Positions 18,094 to 27,692 of a stretch of 64,000 nucleotides of DNA are shown here, in pieces. The stretch is taken from NCBI GenBank assembly GCA_038530285.1, contig JBCBCY010000012.1, positions 3,850 to 67,849 of the forward strand. Direction: 5' to 3'. The stretch is from Pseudomonadota bacterium. GTDB taxonomy: Bacteria > Pseudomonadota > Alphaproteobacteria > Rhodobacterales > Rhodobacteraceae. Position 1 is the first letter of the stretch. Each line of letters starts with the position of its first letter. Below the pieces are notes generated by a model. The model did not search any database, was not told the origin of the DNA, and saw only the letters and a list, made by a program, of their open reading frames with translations. A program made the position numbers and the translations under genes.

Positions 18094-18609
18094 ATGACCC
18101 TAAGTGCCTTGAAACTCCCAGCCATAGCCGCCTGTGCGTTTTTGGCCGCCTGTGCCACACCGACACCGCAGATTGGCCCCGACGGGCTGCCTTTGCCTCA
18201 GGTCTACCGGATCACCGCGCGGATGGAGGATGAGGTCCAGTTCCGCATGCTTGATTCGGTCAATGCCCTGCGCCAGGCCTCAGGTGCGCCCGCGCTTCAG
18301 CTAAATTCTCAGCTCAACGCAGCCGCCGCGACCCATTCGCGCGACATGAGCCTGCAAAACCGGCCCTGGCACTTTGGGTCAGACGGGTCATCGCCCTTGG
18401 ACCGCGTGCAGCGGGTCGGCTACGAAGGGCGTCTTTTGGGCGAGAATATTTCAGAAACCTACGAGACTGAGTTGGAAACCCTGGCCGCATGGATGTCCGA
18501 CCCCACCACGCGTGAGGTCATGCTGGACCCGCGCGCGCAAAATCTCGGCTTTTCGTGGTTCCAAGAGCCCAACGGCAAAATCTGGTGGACCCTGATTACC
18601 GGAACCTAG
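18094..18609 (+). CDS. CAP/SCP-like domain lipoprotein
   Basis: ATG at 18094 (AGGAAG RBS) gives MTLSALKLPAIAACAFLAAC, a lipobox-like signal. CAP-like blocks NALRQASGAPAL, AAAATHSRDM and WMSDPTTREVMLDP are present. Confidence 0.8.
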   Translation: MTLSALKLPAIAACAFLAACATPTPQIGPDGLPLPQVYRITARMEDEVQFRMLDSVNALRQASGAPALQLNSQLNAAAATHSRDMSLQNRPWHFGSDGSSPLDRVQRVGYEGRLLGENISETYETELETLAAWMSDPTTREVMLDPRAQNLGFSWFQEPNGKIWWTLITGT

Positions 18610-18612
18610 CGT

Positions 18613-19110
18613 TCAGGCATAAATGGTGATCGGCGTGCCCGTTCGCACCATCGTGTAAACCTCTTCCATTTCGGGGTTCTTCACCGCGATACAGCCCCAG
18701 GTCCAGTCCGGCCCTCGAAGCTTGTTCAATGGGCTTTCCCCATGAATGAAGATGTCGCCGCCGGGATCAACGCCAAGGCGCCGGGCCACGGCCACATCGC
18801 GCCGGTTCGGGTAGGAAATGCCCAGTGACAAGTGAAAAACAGACTCCGGGTTGCGCCGATTGATCCGGTAGGTCCCTTCTGGCGTTTTGCCGTCGCCCGA
18901 ACGCACCTTGTGACCTTCGGGCGCAAAGCCCAAGTCAACGTCATAGCTTTTCAACGACCGCCCCTCATGCAGAAGATACATCTTCCGCCTCGCCTTCATC
19001 ACCACAATGCGCGTCACCTCCGGCCCGTTATAGGACCTGATCCGCGGCGAACAGCCCGCCGCCATAAGTGCAGCGGCTTGCGCCATCATCAATCGTCTTG
19101 AGATCATCAA
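18613..19110 (-). CDS. L,D-transpeptidase family protein (lipoprotein)
   Basis: 165 aa. Signal MMISRRLMMAQAAALMAAGC and a YkuD-like IFIHGESP...WTWGCIAVKN catalytic block. Confidence 0.82.
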   Translation of the reverse strand: MMISRRLMMAQAAALMAAGCSPRIRSYNGPEVTRIVVMKARRKMYLLHEGRSLKSYDVDLGFAPEGHKVRSGDGKTPEGTYRINRRNPESVFHLSLGISYPNRRDVAVARRLGVDPGGDIFIHGESPLNKLRGPDWTWGCIAVKNPEMEEVYTMVRTGTPITIYA

Positions 19111-19199
19111 ACTGCCCGATGTGATCTTGTTGTTTTACCGATCTATAGCCGGTTTTTGGTTAATGTCTGATCACTTTTTGGCGCGCGCAAGGCAAGTGT

Positions 19200-21035
19200 T
19201 TATTCGGCGGCATCGCTGAATTTGAGAAATCCGCCCGATTGACGCTCCCAATAGCGGGCATAGAGCCCCGCCTGCCGCAACAATTCAGCATGTGTGCCTT
19301 CTTCGACAATCCGCCCTGCATCAAGCACGATGATCCGGTCCATCCGCGCCAGGGTCGACAACCGGTGCGCAATCGCGAGCACGGTTTTTCCGTCCATAAC
19401 AGTCTCTAACGCGGCCTGAATCTCTGCCTCGACCTCGGAATCCAGCGCCGACGTCGCCTCATCCAGAACAAGGATCGGGGCGTCTTTCAAAATTGCCCGC
19501 GCCAGGGCGATCCGCTGGCGCTGCCCGCCAGACAATTTTACGCCCCGCTCACCGAGGTGCGCGTCATACCCCTGGCGACCCATGTGGTCTTCCAACCCCA
19601 GAATGAACTCATGCGCCTTGGCTTGTTCTGCCGCCGCGATCATCTCGGCTTCGGTCGCGTCAGGGCGGCCGTAACGGATGTTTTCGCGGGCTGAGCGATT
19701 GAACATCGCCGTTTCCTGCGTGACCATCGCGATCTGGCGGCGCAGGCTTTCCTGCGTCACTTCAGCCACGTTATGGCCACCGATGGTCACGCGGCCGCCT
19801 TCGGCATCGTATAAGCGCAACAAAAGCGACACCAGCGTCGACTTCCCCGCCCCCGATGCGCCGACAATGCCCACCCGTTCGCCTTGGCCGACATCAAGCG
19901 TCACCCGGTCGACCCCGCCGTTCTGGCGGCCATAGGCAAAGGTCACATCGTGAAACGCCAGCCCGGTCGGCCCGCCTGGCAACGTCGCCGCATCCGGCGC
20001 ATCGACCAACGTATGGGGCGGGGTCAGCGTGTTCATACCGTCTTCGATTTCGCCGATATTGGCGTAGATCCCCATCAGCGTGAAGCTCACCCAGCCCGAC
20101 ATCTGCGCGATCCGGATCGACACGGTCCCGGCCGCAGCAATATCACCTGCCGAGGCGATCCCGTTGGACCACAAGATCAACGTGCCCCCGATCAGCAACA
20201 CCGGCAGCACCCCTGCGGTGGTCATCAGCGCAAAGCGGAACCAGGCCGACAGCACGCCGAAATCCAGCGCTTTTTGCCGATACTCGGAAATGCTGCCGTG
20301 GGCGGCGACCTCTTCATGGGCATCATGGGCAAAAAGCTTCACCGTCTTGATGTTGGTCACGGTGTCCACGATCTGGCCCGTGACCGCCGCGCGCGCGCCC
20401 GCCCGCGCCTTGGCCCTGAGCCGGATCCGCGGGATGTACCAGCGGATCAGCGCCAGATAGCCCACCAACCAAATGCCAAGACCCAAAGCCACGCGCCAAT
20501 CAATCGTCGACAACAACAAGGTCGCACCAACCAGCGTGGCCAGGGCGAAAAACACGACGTTGATCACCTCGACCGCGACGTCACCCACTGCGCGCGACGT
20601 CTGCATTTCCTTCTGGGCAATCCGCCCGGCAAAATCGTTGTCAAAGAACGTCACCGGCTGGCCCAACGTCCAGCGATGAATGCGCATATGCACCATCGGC
20701 CCGATATTGGGCTGCACAACGACGTTGTTGGCAATCGCTGCCACGCCCAGCGTCAGCGGGCGCAGCACCAGAAAAAACCCGACCACGGCGGCCAACACAA
20801 ACCCATGATCGGCGAAAAACGTCGTTCCCTCATAGGACACGGCCATATCGATGACGTACCCCAGAAGCAGGGCGGCCCCGACCTCCAACGCGCCGGAAAA
20901 GGACGAAATCGCCGCCGCACCGGCCATGACCGGCCAGGCGCCCGACAGGCCCCAACGCACAAATGCCAGCAAGCTGCGCGGCGGCGGCCCGTCGGCAGGG
21001 CGAAATGCATCAATCAGATTGCCAAGTCGCTTCAT
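19200..21035 (-). CDS. ABC transporter permease/ATP-binding protein (exporter half-transporter)
   Basis: 611 aa. N-terminal transmembrane domain, then Walker A GASGAGKST, signature LSGGQRQR and Walker B ILVLDEATSALD. Confidence 0.93.
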   Translation of the reverse strand: MKRLGNLIDAFRPADGPPPRSLLAFVRWGLSGAWPVMAGAAAISSFSGALEVGAALLLGYVIDMAVSYEGTTFFADHGFVLAAVVGFFLVLRPLTLGVAAIANNVVVQPNIGPMVHMRIHRWTLGQPVTFFDNDFAGRIAQKEMQTSRAVGDVAVEVINVVFFALATLVGATLLLSTIDWRVALGLGIWLVGYLALIRWYIPRIRLRAKARAGARAAVTGQIVDTVTNIKTVKLFAHDAHEEVAAHGSISEYRQKALDFGVLSAWFRFALMTTAGVLPVLLIGGTLILWSNGIASAGDIAAAGTVSIRIAQMSGWVSFTLMGIYANIGEIEDGMNTLTPPHTLVDAPDAATLPGGPTGLAFHDVTFAYGRQNGGVDRVTLDVGQGERVGIVGASGAGKSTLVSLLLRLYDAEGGRVTIGGHNVAEVTQESLRRQIAMVTQETAMFNRSARENIRYGRPDATEAEMIAAAEQAKAHEFILGLEDHMGRQGYDAHLGERGVKLSGGQRQRIALARAILKDAPILVLDEATSALDSEVEAEIQAALETVMDGKTVLAIAHRLSTLARMDRIIVLDAGRIVEEGTHAELLRQAGLYARYWERQSGGFLKFSDAAE

Positions 21036-22879
21036 TCCGCCGCCACATCCTCAGTTCCGATAAACCCGCCCGATTGGCGTGCCCAGAACCTCGCATATAG
21101 GCCATCGCGTTCCAAAAGCGCGGCGTGGCTGCCGGTTTCCACAATTTTTCCATCATCGAGCACCACGATCCGGTCCATCGCAGCGATGGTGGACAATCGG
21201 TGTGCAATCGCGATCACGGTTTTGCCTTCCATCATGCCGTACAGAGTCTTCTGGATTTCGGCTTCAACTTCCGAATCCAGCGCCGACGTCGCCTCATCCA
21301 GCACCAGGATCGGTGCGTCCTTCAGCATCACCCGCGCAAGGGCCACCCGTTGGCGCTGTCCGCCGGACAATTTCACGCCACGCTCGCCGACTTGCGCGTC
21401 ATAGCCGGTGTTTCCCTTTGGGTCCTCAAGACCAACGATAAAGTCGTGCGCTTCAGCCCGGCGCGCGGCTTCAAACACCTGTTCATCGGTCGCATCCGGG
21501 CGCCCATAAAGGATGTTGTCCTTCACCGACCGGTGCAGAAGCGAGCTGTCCTGCTGCACCATGCCGACAACACTGCGCAGACTGTCCTGTGTCACACCGG
21601 CAATATCGTGACCATCAATCACGATCCGGCCCGCTTCAGCGTCGTAAAACCGCAACAACAGCTTCACCAGCGTCGACTTGCCCGCGCCCGACCGGCCAAT
21701 CAGCCCGACCTTTTCGCCCGGTTCAATCACCAGCGACACATCCTGCAAACCACCCGAAGGACGCCCGTAATGGTGTGTTAGAGACTGTATCTCGATCCGG
21801 CCATCACTCAGCGCCAGCGGCTTGGCACCGGGCTTATCCACCAAGGTGATCGGCTGCGCGATGGTTTCCATCCCTTCGGCCACAACACCAAGGTTGCGAA
21901 AAAACGACGACACCGCCCACATGATCCAACCGGTCATCGCGTTCAGCCGCAGGGTCAGCGCCGTTGCCGCCGCGACAACCCCCGCGCTGGCCGATCCATC
22001 CATCCACAGCCAGATCGCCCAGCCAACAACGCCCACGATCAACAGCCCGTTCAGCACCGTCAGCATCACATCCATAATGGTGTAGATGCGCATCTCGTGC
22101 TGGAAGGTCGTCCGCGTCTTTTCGATCGCGTCCTTGGCATAGTCCAACTCGCGGTCGTGATGGGCGAACATCTTCACCGAATGAATGTTGGTGTAGCTGT
22201 CAACGACCCGGCCCGTGACTTCCGACCGGGCGTCAGATGCCGCCTTGCTGGCGGGACCGACCCGCTTGATCGTCCAGCGGACCAAGAGCGCGTAAAGCGC
22301 GGTCCACCCCAACAAGGGCAACAGCAATCTTGGGTCCGCCTCCATCAACAAAAACGCCGCACCCACAAGGTAGGCCAACGCAAAGGCGAGCGCGTCAAAC
22401 ACCTGAAACACCGCCTCGCCTGCGGCTGGCGGCGTCTGCATAATCCGGTTGGCAATCCGACCCGCAAAGTCGTTTTCAAACCAGCCCACGGACTGGCGCA
22501 ACACATGCCGGTGCGACCGCCAGCGGATCAACGTGCCGAAGTTCGGCAACACCGCTGAGTTCAAAAGCAGCACCGTGACCACCTGCAGCACCGGCCGCAG
22601 GATCAGGATGAACGCGGCGACCCACAAAAGTTCGGTGCCGTGCGTGGTCCAGAATGTGCCGCGTTCGGCATTCACCAAAAGGTCCACGACCCGGCCTAGG
22701 TAGGCGATCAGCCCGATTTCAACCGCGGCGACAACAATTGTCAGCACCGATGTGACGATGAACACCCGATTGAACGGCCGAGCATAGTCGCGCAAAAACG
22801 GCCAGAGCCGTGTCGGCGGCCGGTCGGTTTCAGGGTAGTCGACATAGGGATCGACGAGATTCTCGAAAAAGCGAAACAT
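21032..22879 (-). CDS. ABC transporter permease/ATP-binding protein (exporter half-transporter, partner of previous)
   Basis: 615 aa with Walker A GRSGAGKST, LSGGQRQR and ILVLDEATSALD. Its stop overlaps the downstream start (ATGA), which suggests a heterodimer. Confidence 0.93.
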   Translation of the reverse strand: MFRFFENLVDPYVDYPETDRPPTRLWPFLRDYARPFNRVFIVTSVLTIVVAAVEIGLIAYLGRVVDLLVNAERGTFWTTHGTELLWVAAFILILRPVLQVVTVLLLNSAVLPNFGTLIRWRSHRHVLRQSVGWFENDFAGRIANRIMQTPPAAGEAVFQVFDALAFALAYLVGAAFLLMEADPRLLLPLLGWTALYALLVRWTIKRVGPASKAASDARSEVTGRVVDSYTNIHSVKMFAHHDRELDYAKDAIEKTRTTFQHEMRIYTIMDVMLTVLNGLLIVGVVGWAIWLWMDGSASAGVVAAATALTLRLNAMTGWIMWAVSSFFRNLGVVAEGMETIAQPITLVDKPGAKPLALSDGRIEIQSLTHHYGRPSGGLQDVSLVIEPGEKVGLIGRSGAGKSTLVKLLLRFYDAEAGRIVIDGHDIAGVTQDSLRSVVGMVQQDSSLLHRSVKDNILYGRPDATDEQVFEAARRAEAHDFIVGLEDPKGNTGYDAQVGERGVKLSGGQRQRVALARVMLKDAPILVLDEATSALDSEVEAEIQKTLYGMMEGKTVIAIAHRLSTIAAMDRIVVLDDGKIVETGSHAALLERDGLYARFWARQSGGFIGTEDVAAE

Positions 22880-23037
22880 TTGGAAAGCCTAAGAGCGAGG
22901 GAATTTGATGGGCGACGCGAAATCCGGGCCGCCATAAACAGGATCGGACCGGGCTCAGCCTAGTCGTTGGATCCAGTTTGCCATCAAGTGCCCTCCTAAA
23001 ATCGGCACACAACGTTTAGCCGATGGCCGGTGGTTTG

Positions 23038-24186
23038 TCACCCCCGCGAAAGCAGCGCCTCACGCGTCAGTTGAAACCCGCTTGCGATCCATCGCTCTTC
23101 CAGTTCGGCCAGCCGTGCGCCCAGCGCGGCACCCTGATGGTCCGGCATCAAATCGGCTGGGCGGACCGGAAACTCCGCTTGCGCCCCCAGCGCAATCTGA
23201 TGGGGTGCATCGTCTGGTAGCGGCATCTCGAACACGGCCGCTCTGAGTTGGGCCACATCATTGGCCATTCGCGGCCCATCGCGCCATGCGATCTCTGCCA
23301 GGCCAGTGGATGCACCGATCGCAGCTTTCAGACTGGTTACCCGGCTTGCATCGCGCCGCGAAAGACGAAGCCGCTTTTCGGGGTTTTGGCCGCCCAGCGC
23401 AGCCAGGCGACGGATCGCATCCGGGTCTGCGCCGGCTTCAACGTGGACAAGCCGTGTGATCACATCCGCGCTTGCCCCCGGCAGGACACGTGCAAGAATG
23501 CCCGTTTGCGCCATACTGGCAAGCGCCGGAGCGGGATTACAGGCCGCCAGAAGCCGCAACATTTCATAGCCGACCCGCTCGCCCGGAAGCGTATCCAACC
23601 CATCAGCGCCCGCAGCCACCGCGGCAAGACCATCAGCGTCAATCCCGCCGCCCGGATCACCATACCAGGCGTAGAACCGGAAAAACCGCAAGATCCGCAA
23701 GTAATCCTCAGCCACCCGCGCACTTGGGTCGCCCACAAAGCGCACACGCCGCGCTGCGATATCCGCCAGACCGCCCACGGTATCGACCACATTGCCCGCA
23801 CGATCTGCGTAAAGCGCGTTCATCGTGAAATCGCGGCGCGCGGCGTCTGCCTCAAGCTGATCCGTGAAAGCCACCACGGCACGGCGCCCATCGGTTTCAA
23901 CATCGCGGCGAAACGTAGTGACCTCATGGGGCAACCCACCCGACACGACCGTCACCGTCCCATGCGCAATCCCCGTTGGCACCACGCGCAAACCGGCCTT
24001 TTCAGCTGCGTTAGACACTGTTTCAGGGTGCGCGTCAGTTGCCAGATCAATATCTGAGACCGACATGCCAAGAGCCGCATTTCGCACCACACCGCCCACA
24101 AAAAACGCACGGTGGCCTTCCCCTTCGATCGCATCGAAAACCTGCGCGGTCCTGGGGTCGGTCAACCACGGGCCATTTAACCTCAT
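23038..24186 (-). CDS. cca: CCA tRNA nucleotidyltransferase / poly(A) polymerase family protein
   Basis: FFVGGVVRNAALG...DIDLAT nucleotidyltransferase head motif. The start is set at the ATG at 24186 (MRLNGPWL...), which overlaps the upstream Nudix stop (ATGA). Confidence 0.85.
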   Translation of the reverse strand: MRLNGPWLTDPRTAQVFDAIEGEGHRAFFVGGVVRNAALGMSVSDIDLATDAHPETVSNAAEKAGLRVVPTGIAHGTVTVVSGGLPHEVTTFRRDVETDGRRAVVAFTDQLEADAARRDFTMNALYADRAGNVVDTVGGLADIAARRVRFVGDPSARVAEDYLRILRFFRFYAWYGDPGGGIDADGLAAVAAGADGLDTLPGERVGYEMLRLLAACNPAPALASMAQTGILARVLPGASADVITRLVHVEAGADPDAIRRLAALGGQNPEKRLRLSRRDASRVTSLKAAIGASTGLAEIAWRDGPRMANDVAQLRAAVFEMPLPDDAPHQIALGAQAEFPVRPADLMPDHQGAALGARLAELEERWIASGFQLTREALLSRG

Positions 24187-24800
24187 GGCGCCATCCGTTC
24201 GGCAAACCCGCGCAGCATGCGCGCGGTTGCGCCCCAAATATAGTAGGGACCCCAGGGCACAGCGTAGTAGCGTCGCATCATGCCTTGCCAACGGCGCCCT
24301 TCGATACGGAAATTCTCCGGCCGTGTGATATGCGTCAGCGGCACAAAGAACGCCTCATCCACCTCGCCTGCTTCGGGCTCCGGGACCACGTCACCGTCGA
24401 TCAAGCCGACCACGGGCGTGACATCATAGCCCGTGACGGTGACATGATTGGGCAAGGTCCCTAACACGTCGACCCGGGCCTGATGCAGGCCGACTTCTTC
24501 CTCGGCCTCACGCAATGCGGCATGCATCGCAGTTTTATCCCCCGCATCTACCTTGCCACCTGGAAACGCCACCTGCCCCGGATGATGTGCCAATGCAGAC
24601 GAACGCTTGGTCAACATCACTTGGGCGCCGCGCGCGGTAATGTTCACGGGCACCAGGACGGCCGCCGGCCGCAACACCCGACCCCGCGGCGGGCCCAGAC
24701 CGGGATTGAGGTCAAAATCAGACGACCCGGCACCCGGCGCCTCAAGCGCGCGGATCAGGCGGGTCCGCAGATCAACCATCCGACCCGGCTTCGAACCCAA
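24183..24800 (-). CDS. CoA pyrophosphatase-type Nudix hydrolase
   Basis: Nudix box GGKVDAGDKTAMHAALREAEEEVGL. The preceding FPGG and AAVLVPV context is typical of the NudL/CoA pyrophosphatase subgroup. Confidence 0.8.
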   Translation of the reverse strand: MGSKPGRMVDLRTRLIRALEAPGAGSSDFDLNPGLGPPRGRVLRPAAVLVPVNITARGAQVMLTKRSSALAHHPGQVAFPGGKVDAGDKTAMHAALREAEEEVGLHQARVDVLGTLPNHVTVTGYDVTPVVGLIDGDVVPEPEAGEVDEAFFVPLTHITRPENFRIEGRRWQGMMRRYYAVPWGPYYIWGATARMLRGFAERMAP

Positions 24801-25755
24801 GCGTTTCGGGCTGAAATTCGTAGTGCGCGCCGCAAAACTGGCAATCAGCAGTAACTTTGCCGTCGTCGGTTGTCATATGCGCGATGTCCTTGGCCGAATA
24901 GATCGACAAGGACTGACGCACCTTATCGGACGAGCATGTACACCCAAACTCAACCTTCTGAGTTTCAAACACCCGCGGCGCTTCTTCATGAAACAGCCGC
25001 ACCAGAAGATCGGTCGGCTGAAGTGACGGTCCAACCAGTTCCAGGTCCTCAACCGTATCCAGCAACAAAGACGCGCGCGTCCAATTTTCTTCGTCGTCCC
25101 CCGCCAGGATATCGCCTGCCGACAGCAAGCCACCCTCGCCCGACCCACCGCTGGACATCAGCGGTGAGGCTTTGGGCATATGCTGTAGCATCACGCCCCC
25201 CGCGCGCCACCGCTCTGGCTCGTCTGCAAGGGTCGAGCGGCCGTATGACAAAGCAAATTTCGTCGGCAATTGTTCCGACTGGGCAAAGTAGGTCTCTGCA
25301 CAAGACGCCAGCGACCCGCCTGCAATCGGCGTGATCCCCTGATAGGGCTCCGAGCCCGCACCCTGGTCGATCAGCACAGCGAAATATCCCCGTCCGATCT
25401 GAGAAAAGGCATTCTCATCGCTCAAGCGGTCCGAATCAAAACTGGCAAAGGCACGAATCTGTGCAGGGCCACCGGCTTGGGTCGGGGCGAAGTAATCGGT
25501 CGCGATCAAACGGGCCGGGCCATCGCCGCGCACCTGCAGGCTCAGCTTCCAGCGCAGGTCCATCGTCTGACCGATAAGGGCGGTCAGCAACATGGTTTCG
25601 GCCACCAGCCCTTCGATCACGGGCGGATAGTTGTGCTGCGACAATACCCGCTCCAGCACGCCGTCAAGGCGCACCATCCGGCCACGCACATCGGCGTGGT
25701 CAAGCTGAAAGGGCAGGACGGTATCGTCCCAAGCGATCCGAGAACCAAGTGTCAT
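24772..25755 (-). CDS. hslO: Hsp33 family redox-regulated chaperone
   Basis: C-terminal zinc centre CTCS...CQFCG and N-terminal DHADVRGRMVRL. The start was chosen at the ATG at 25755 (AAGGAA RBS 6 nt upstream). The track ORF extends to 25821. Confidence 0.88.
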   Translation of the reverse strand: MTLGSRIAWDDTVLPFQLDHADVRGRMVRLDGVLERVLSQHNYPPVIEGLVAETMLLTALIGQTMDLRWKLSLQVRGDGPARLIATDYFAPTQAGGPAQIRAFASFDSDRLSDENAFSQIGRGYFAVLIDQGAGSEPYQGITPIAGGSLASCAETYFAQSEQLPTKFALSYGRSTLADEPERWRAGGVMLQHMPKASPLMSSGGSGEGGLLSAGDILAGDDEENWTRASLLLDTVEDLELVGPSLQPTDLLVRLFHEEAPRVFETQKVEFGCTCSSDKVRQSLSIYSAKDIAHMTTDDGKVTADCQFCGAHYEFQPETLGFEAGSDG

Positions 25756-25853
25756 GGGGTTTCCTTGCGCGCCAACCATTGGCATACCGCGCCCATATAA
25801 GTCCCACAAGCTAAGGTCCAAGCCCGGTGATCCCCAGATATGGCAATCCCCCT

Positions 25854-26276
25854 ATGCGTCGGCGGTATAAATCACGCCCGGGGGCTTATGTAATACTGCC
25901 GCGTGCGGGCGGGTTTGTCTTGACGCAGCAGGACGATCCGGGTCCCGAAGTGCAACTGCCCGGGGGCGGCATTGATCCAGGCGAACACGTATTGCCGGCA
26001 CTTCACCGCGAGGTCGCAGAAGAAACCGGTTGGAGCATTGCACGCGTCCGGAAATTCAAAACCTTCCGCCAGTTCACCTACATGCCGGAATACGCGATAT
26101 GGGCCGAGAAGATTTGTCATGTCTATGTCGCCCATCCTGTGCGCCAACTCGGCGCACCCACTGAAGCCGGCCACACTGTCCTTTGGCTGGATCCGATCAA
26201 TGCGATTGATGCTATAGGATCTGCGGGCGGACGCGCGGCGCTGGCCGACTATGTGTCGCGCGCTTCGGGCATATAG
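25854..26276 (+). CDS. Nudix hydrolase
   Basis: Nudix box LPGGGIDPGEHVLPALHREVAEETG. The start is uncertain: ATG at 25854 or GTG at 25827. Confidence 0.78.
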   Translation: MRRRYKSRPGAYVILPRAGGFVLTQQDDPGPEVQLPGGGIDPGEHVLPALHREVAEETGWSIARVRKFKTFRQFTYMPEYAIWAEKICHVYVAHPVRQLGAPTEAGHTVLWLDPINAIDAIGSAGGRAALADYVSRASGI

Positions 26277-27541
26277 TCGAACGCCACACCTGAAACATCG
26301 TCTTCAAGCGCGGTCCCGCCCGCAAATCGGTAAACGTCCCAAACCAGCGCTTCAAAGAATTCTTCACCCTTCAGCGCGCGGCTTTGTGACAAAAGCTCCG
26401 CGAGCCCATCAGACTCCAGAAATCCGCCTGCCGCGCCCTCGCACTCATCAAGGCCGTCTGAAAAAAGAAACAGCCGGTCGCCGGGATCAAGCTGAAACTC
26501 CGTGGTGTAATAAACCGCGTCCGGCAAAAGACCGATCGGCATCCCGCCATCACCTACAAATCGGGTCTCCCCGGCCGCGGACATCACAATGCCTGGCGGG
26601 TGGCCGGCTTGGGCAATGGAAATATGGCCTGTTTCCAGGTCGCAATCGGCGATCATCGCGGTCAGATAATGCTCCGCCTTCATCTCCTCGATCAGGTGCT
26701 TGTTCAGGACTTTGCAGATCGCGGCGGGGTGGCGCATTTGCAAACCCCCGTTCGGACCGCATTCAAGCGCGAGGTTGCGATCGGGCGACGCGCTCGACAA
26801 CAGCCCCGCGATTCGCGCCGTCATCAGCGCTGACGCAATTCCGTGGCCAGACACATCTATCGAATAGATGCCGATGCGTGTGTCCGAAATTGGAATCACA
26901 CCCACAAGATCACCGCCAACTTTCCCAGCTGGCCGCAGCAGCAAGGCGATCTCCGCGGTCTCAAGGTGAAAATGGCGCTGGGGCACCAGCGATTGCTGCA
27001 AGGCGCGCGCTTCTTCCAAGTCACGGTCCAGCGCGTCTGACAGCTTTTGCATTTCATCGACAAGCCCGGTCAGCAGCGCGTTCTTGCGGCCAAGATCACG
27101 CTCCATCCTGATGATGCGATCACCTGCATTCAAACGCGCGCCAAGCTCATGCGCATCAATTGGCTTGGTGAGGAAATCATCGGCTCCTGCCTCGAACGCG
27201 GTTTGCACATCTGCCCGCTCGGATTTGGAGGTCAGCAAAATGAAATAACCGTAATTCTCGCGGTCCAGGGCGCGAAACGCCTCGCATAATTCAATCCCGG
27301 TCATCCCGGGCATCATCCAGTCGCTGATGACCAGATCGACAGGGTGTTGATCCGCGATTTCAAGCGCGTCCTGGCCGCTTTCAGCCTCAACCACGCCGTA
27401 GCCCATCCGTTCAAGAATCTTCCGCAACGTAAAACGCTGCGCGCGGCTGTCATCAACCACCAGGATTAGGCGTACGCCTTCGGGTTTTAAATCCTCAGGC
27501 GCTTCCAATACGGTTTGATCGGGAAATGACGTGTCGGCCAT
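26249..27541 (-). CDS. Fused response regulator (REC) / PP2C-SpoIIE family serine phosphatase
   Basis: 430 aa. Receiver LILVVDDS...DLVISDWMMPGMTG...K, then a SpoIIE/PP2C-like domain (GDLVGV...IDVSGHGIASALM...LFLFSDGL). Confidence 0.88.
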   Translation of the reverse strand: MADTSFPDQTVLEAPEDLKPEGVRLILVVDDSRAQRFTLRKILERMGYGVVEAESGQDALEIADQHPVDLVISDWMMPGMTGIELCEAFRALDRENYGYFILLTSKSERADVQTAFEAGADDFLTKPIDAHELGARLNAGDRIIRMERDLGRKNALLTGLVDEMQKLSDALDRDLEEARALQQSLVPQRHFHLETAEIALLLRPAGKVGGDLVGVIPISDTRIGIYSIDVSGHGIASALMTARIAGLLSSASPDRNLALECGPNGGLQMRHPAAICKVLNKHLIEEMKAEHYLTAMIADCDLETGHISIAQAGHPPGIVMSAAGETRFVGDGGMPIGLLPDAVYYTTEFQLDPGDRLFLFSDGLDECEGAAGGFLESDGLAELLSQSRALKGEEFFEALVWDVYRFAGGTALEDDVSGVAFDYMPEARDT

Positions 27542-27692
27542 TCTTCAGGTACCACTGCTTTCGCGGACCTTTTGCCGCAAACAACTTAAGCGGCCATAAA
27601 CGCTAAAACTCTTTGGAAAAGTGTCGCCCTGCTCAGGCCTTTCTTAAGGCTTTGCGCTCTATCTCGGTCTGCGTCGTAACCGGGATGAGACT

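Noticed and set aside
19884-21404. 506-aa + strand ORF, and similar long + strand ORFs (21125-21781, 22097-22558), over the ABC transporter genes
   Set aside because: They are antisense to ORFs carrying complete Walker A/B and ABC signature motifs. The translations are His/Arg/Pro-rich nonsense.
27586-27600. CtrA-box-like TTAA-N7-TAAA in the REC-PP2C/Hpt divergent promoter
   Set aside because: It is a single one-mismatch match to a short degenerate motif, which is too weak to call without genome-wide statistics or ChIP data.
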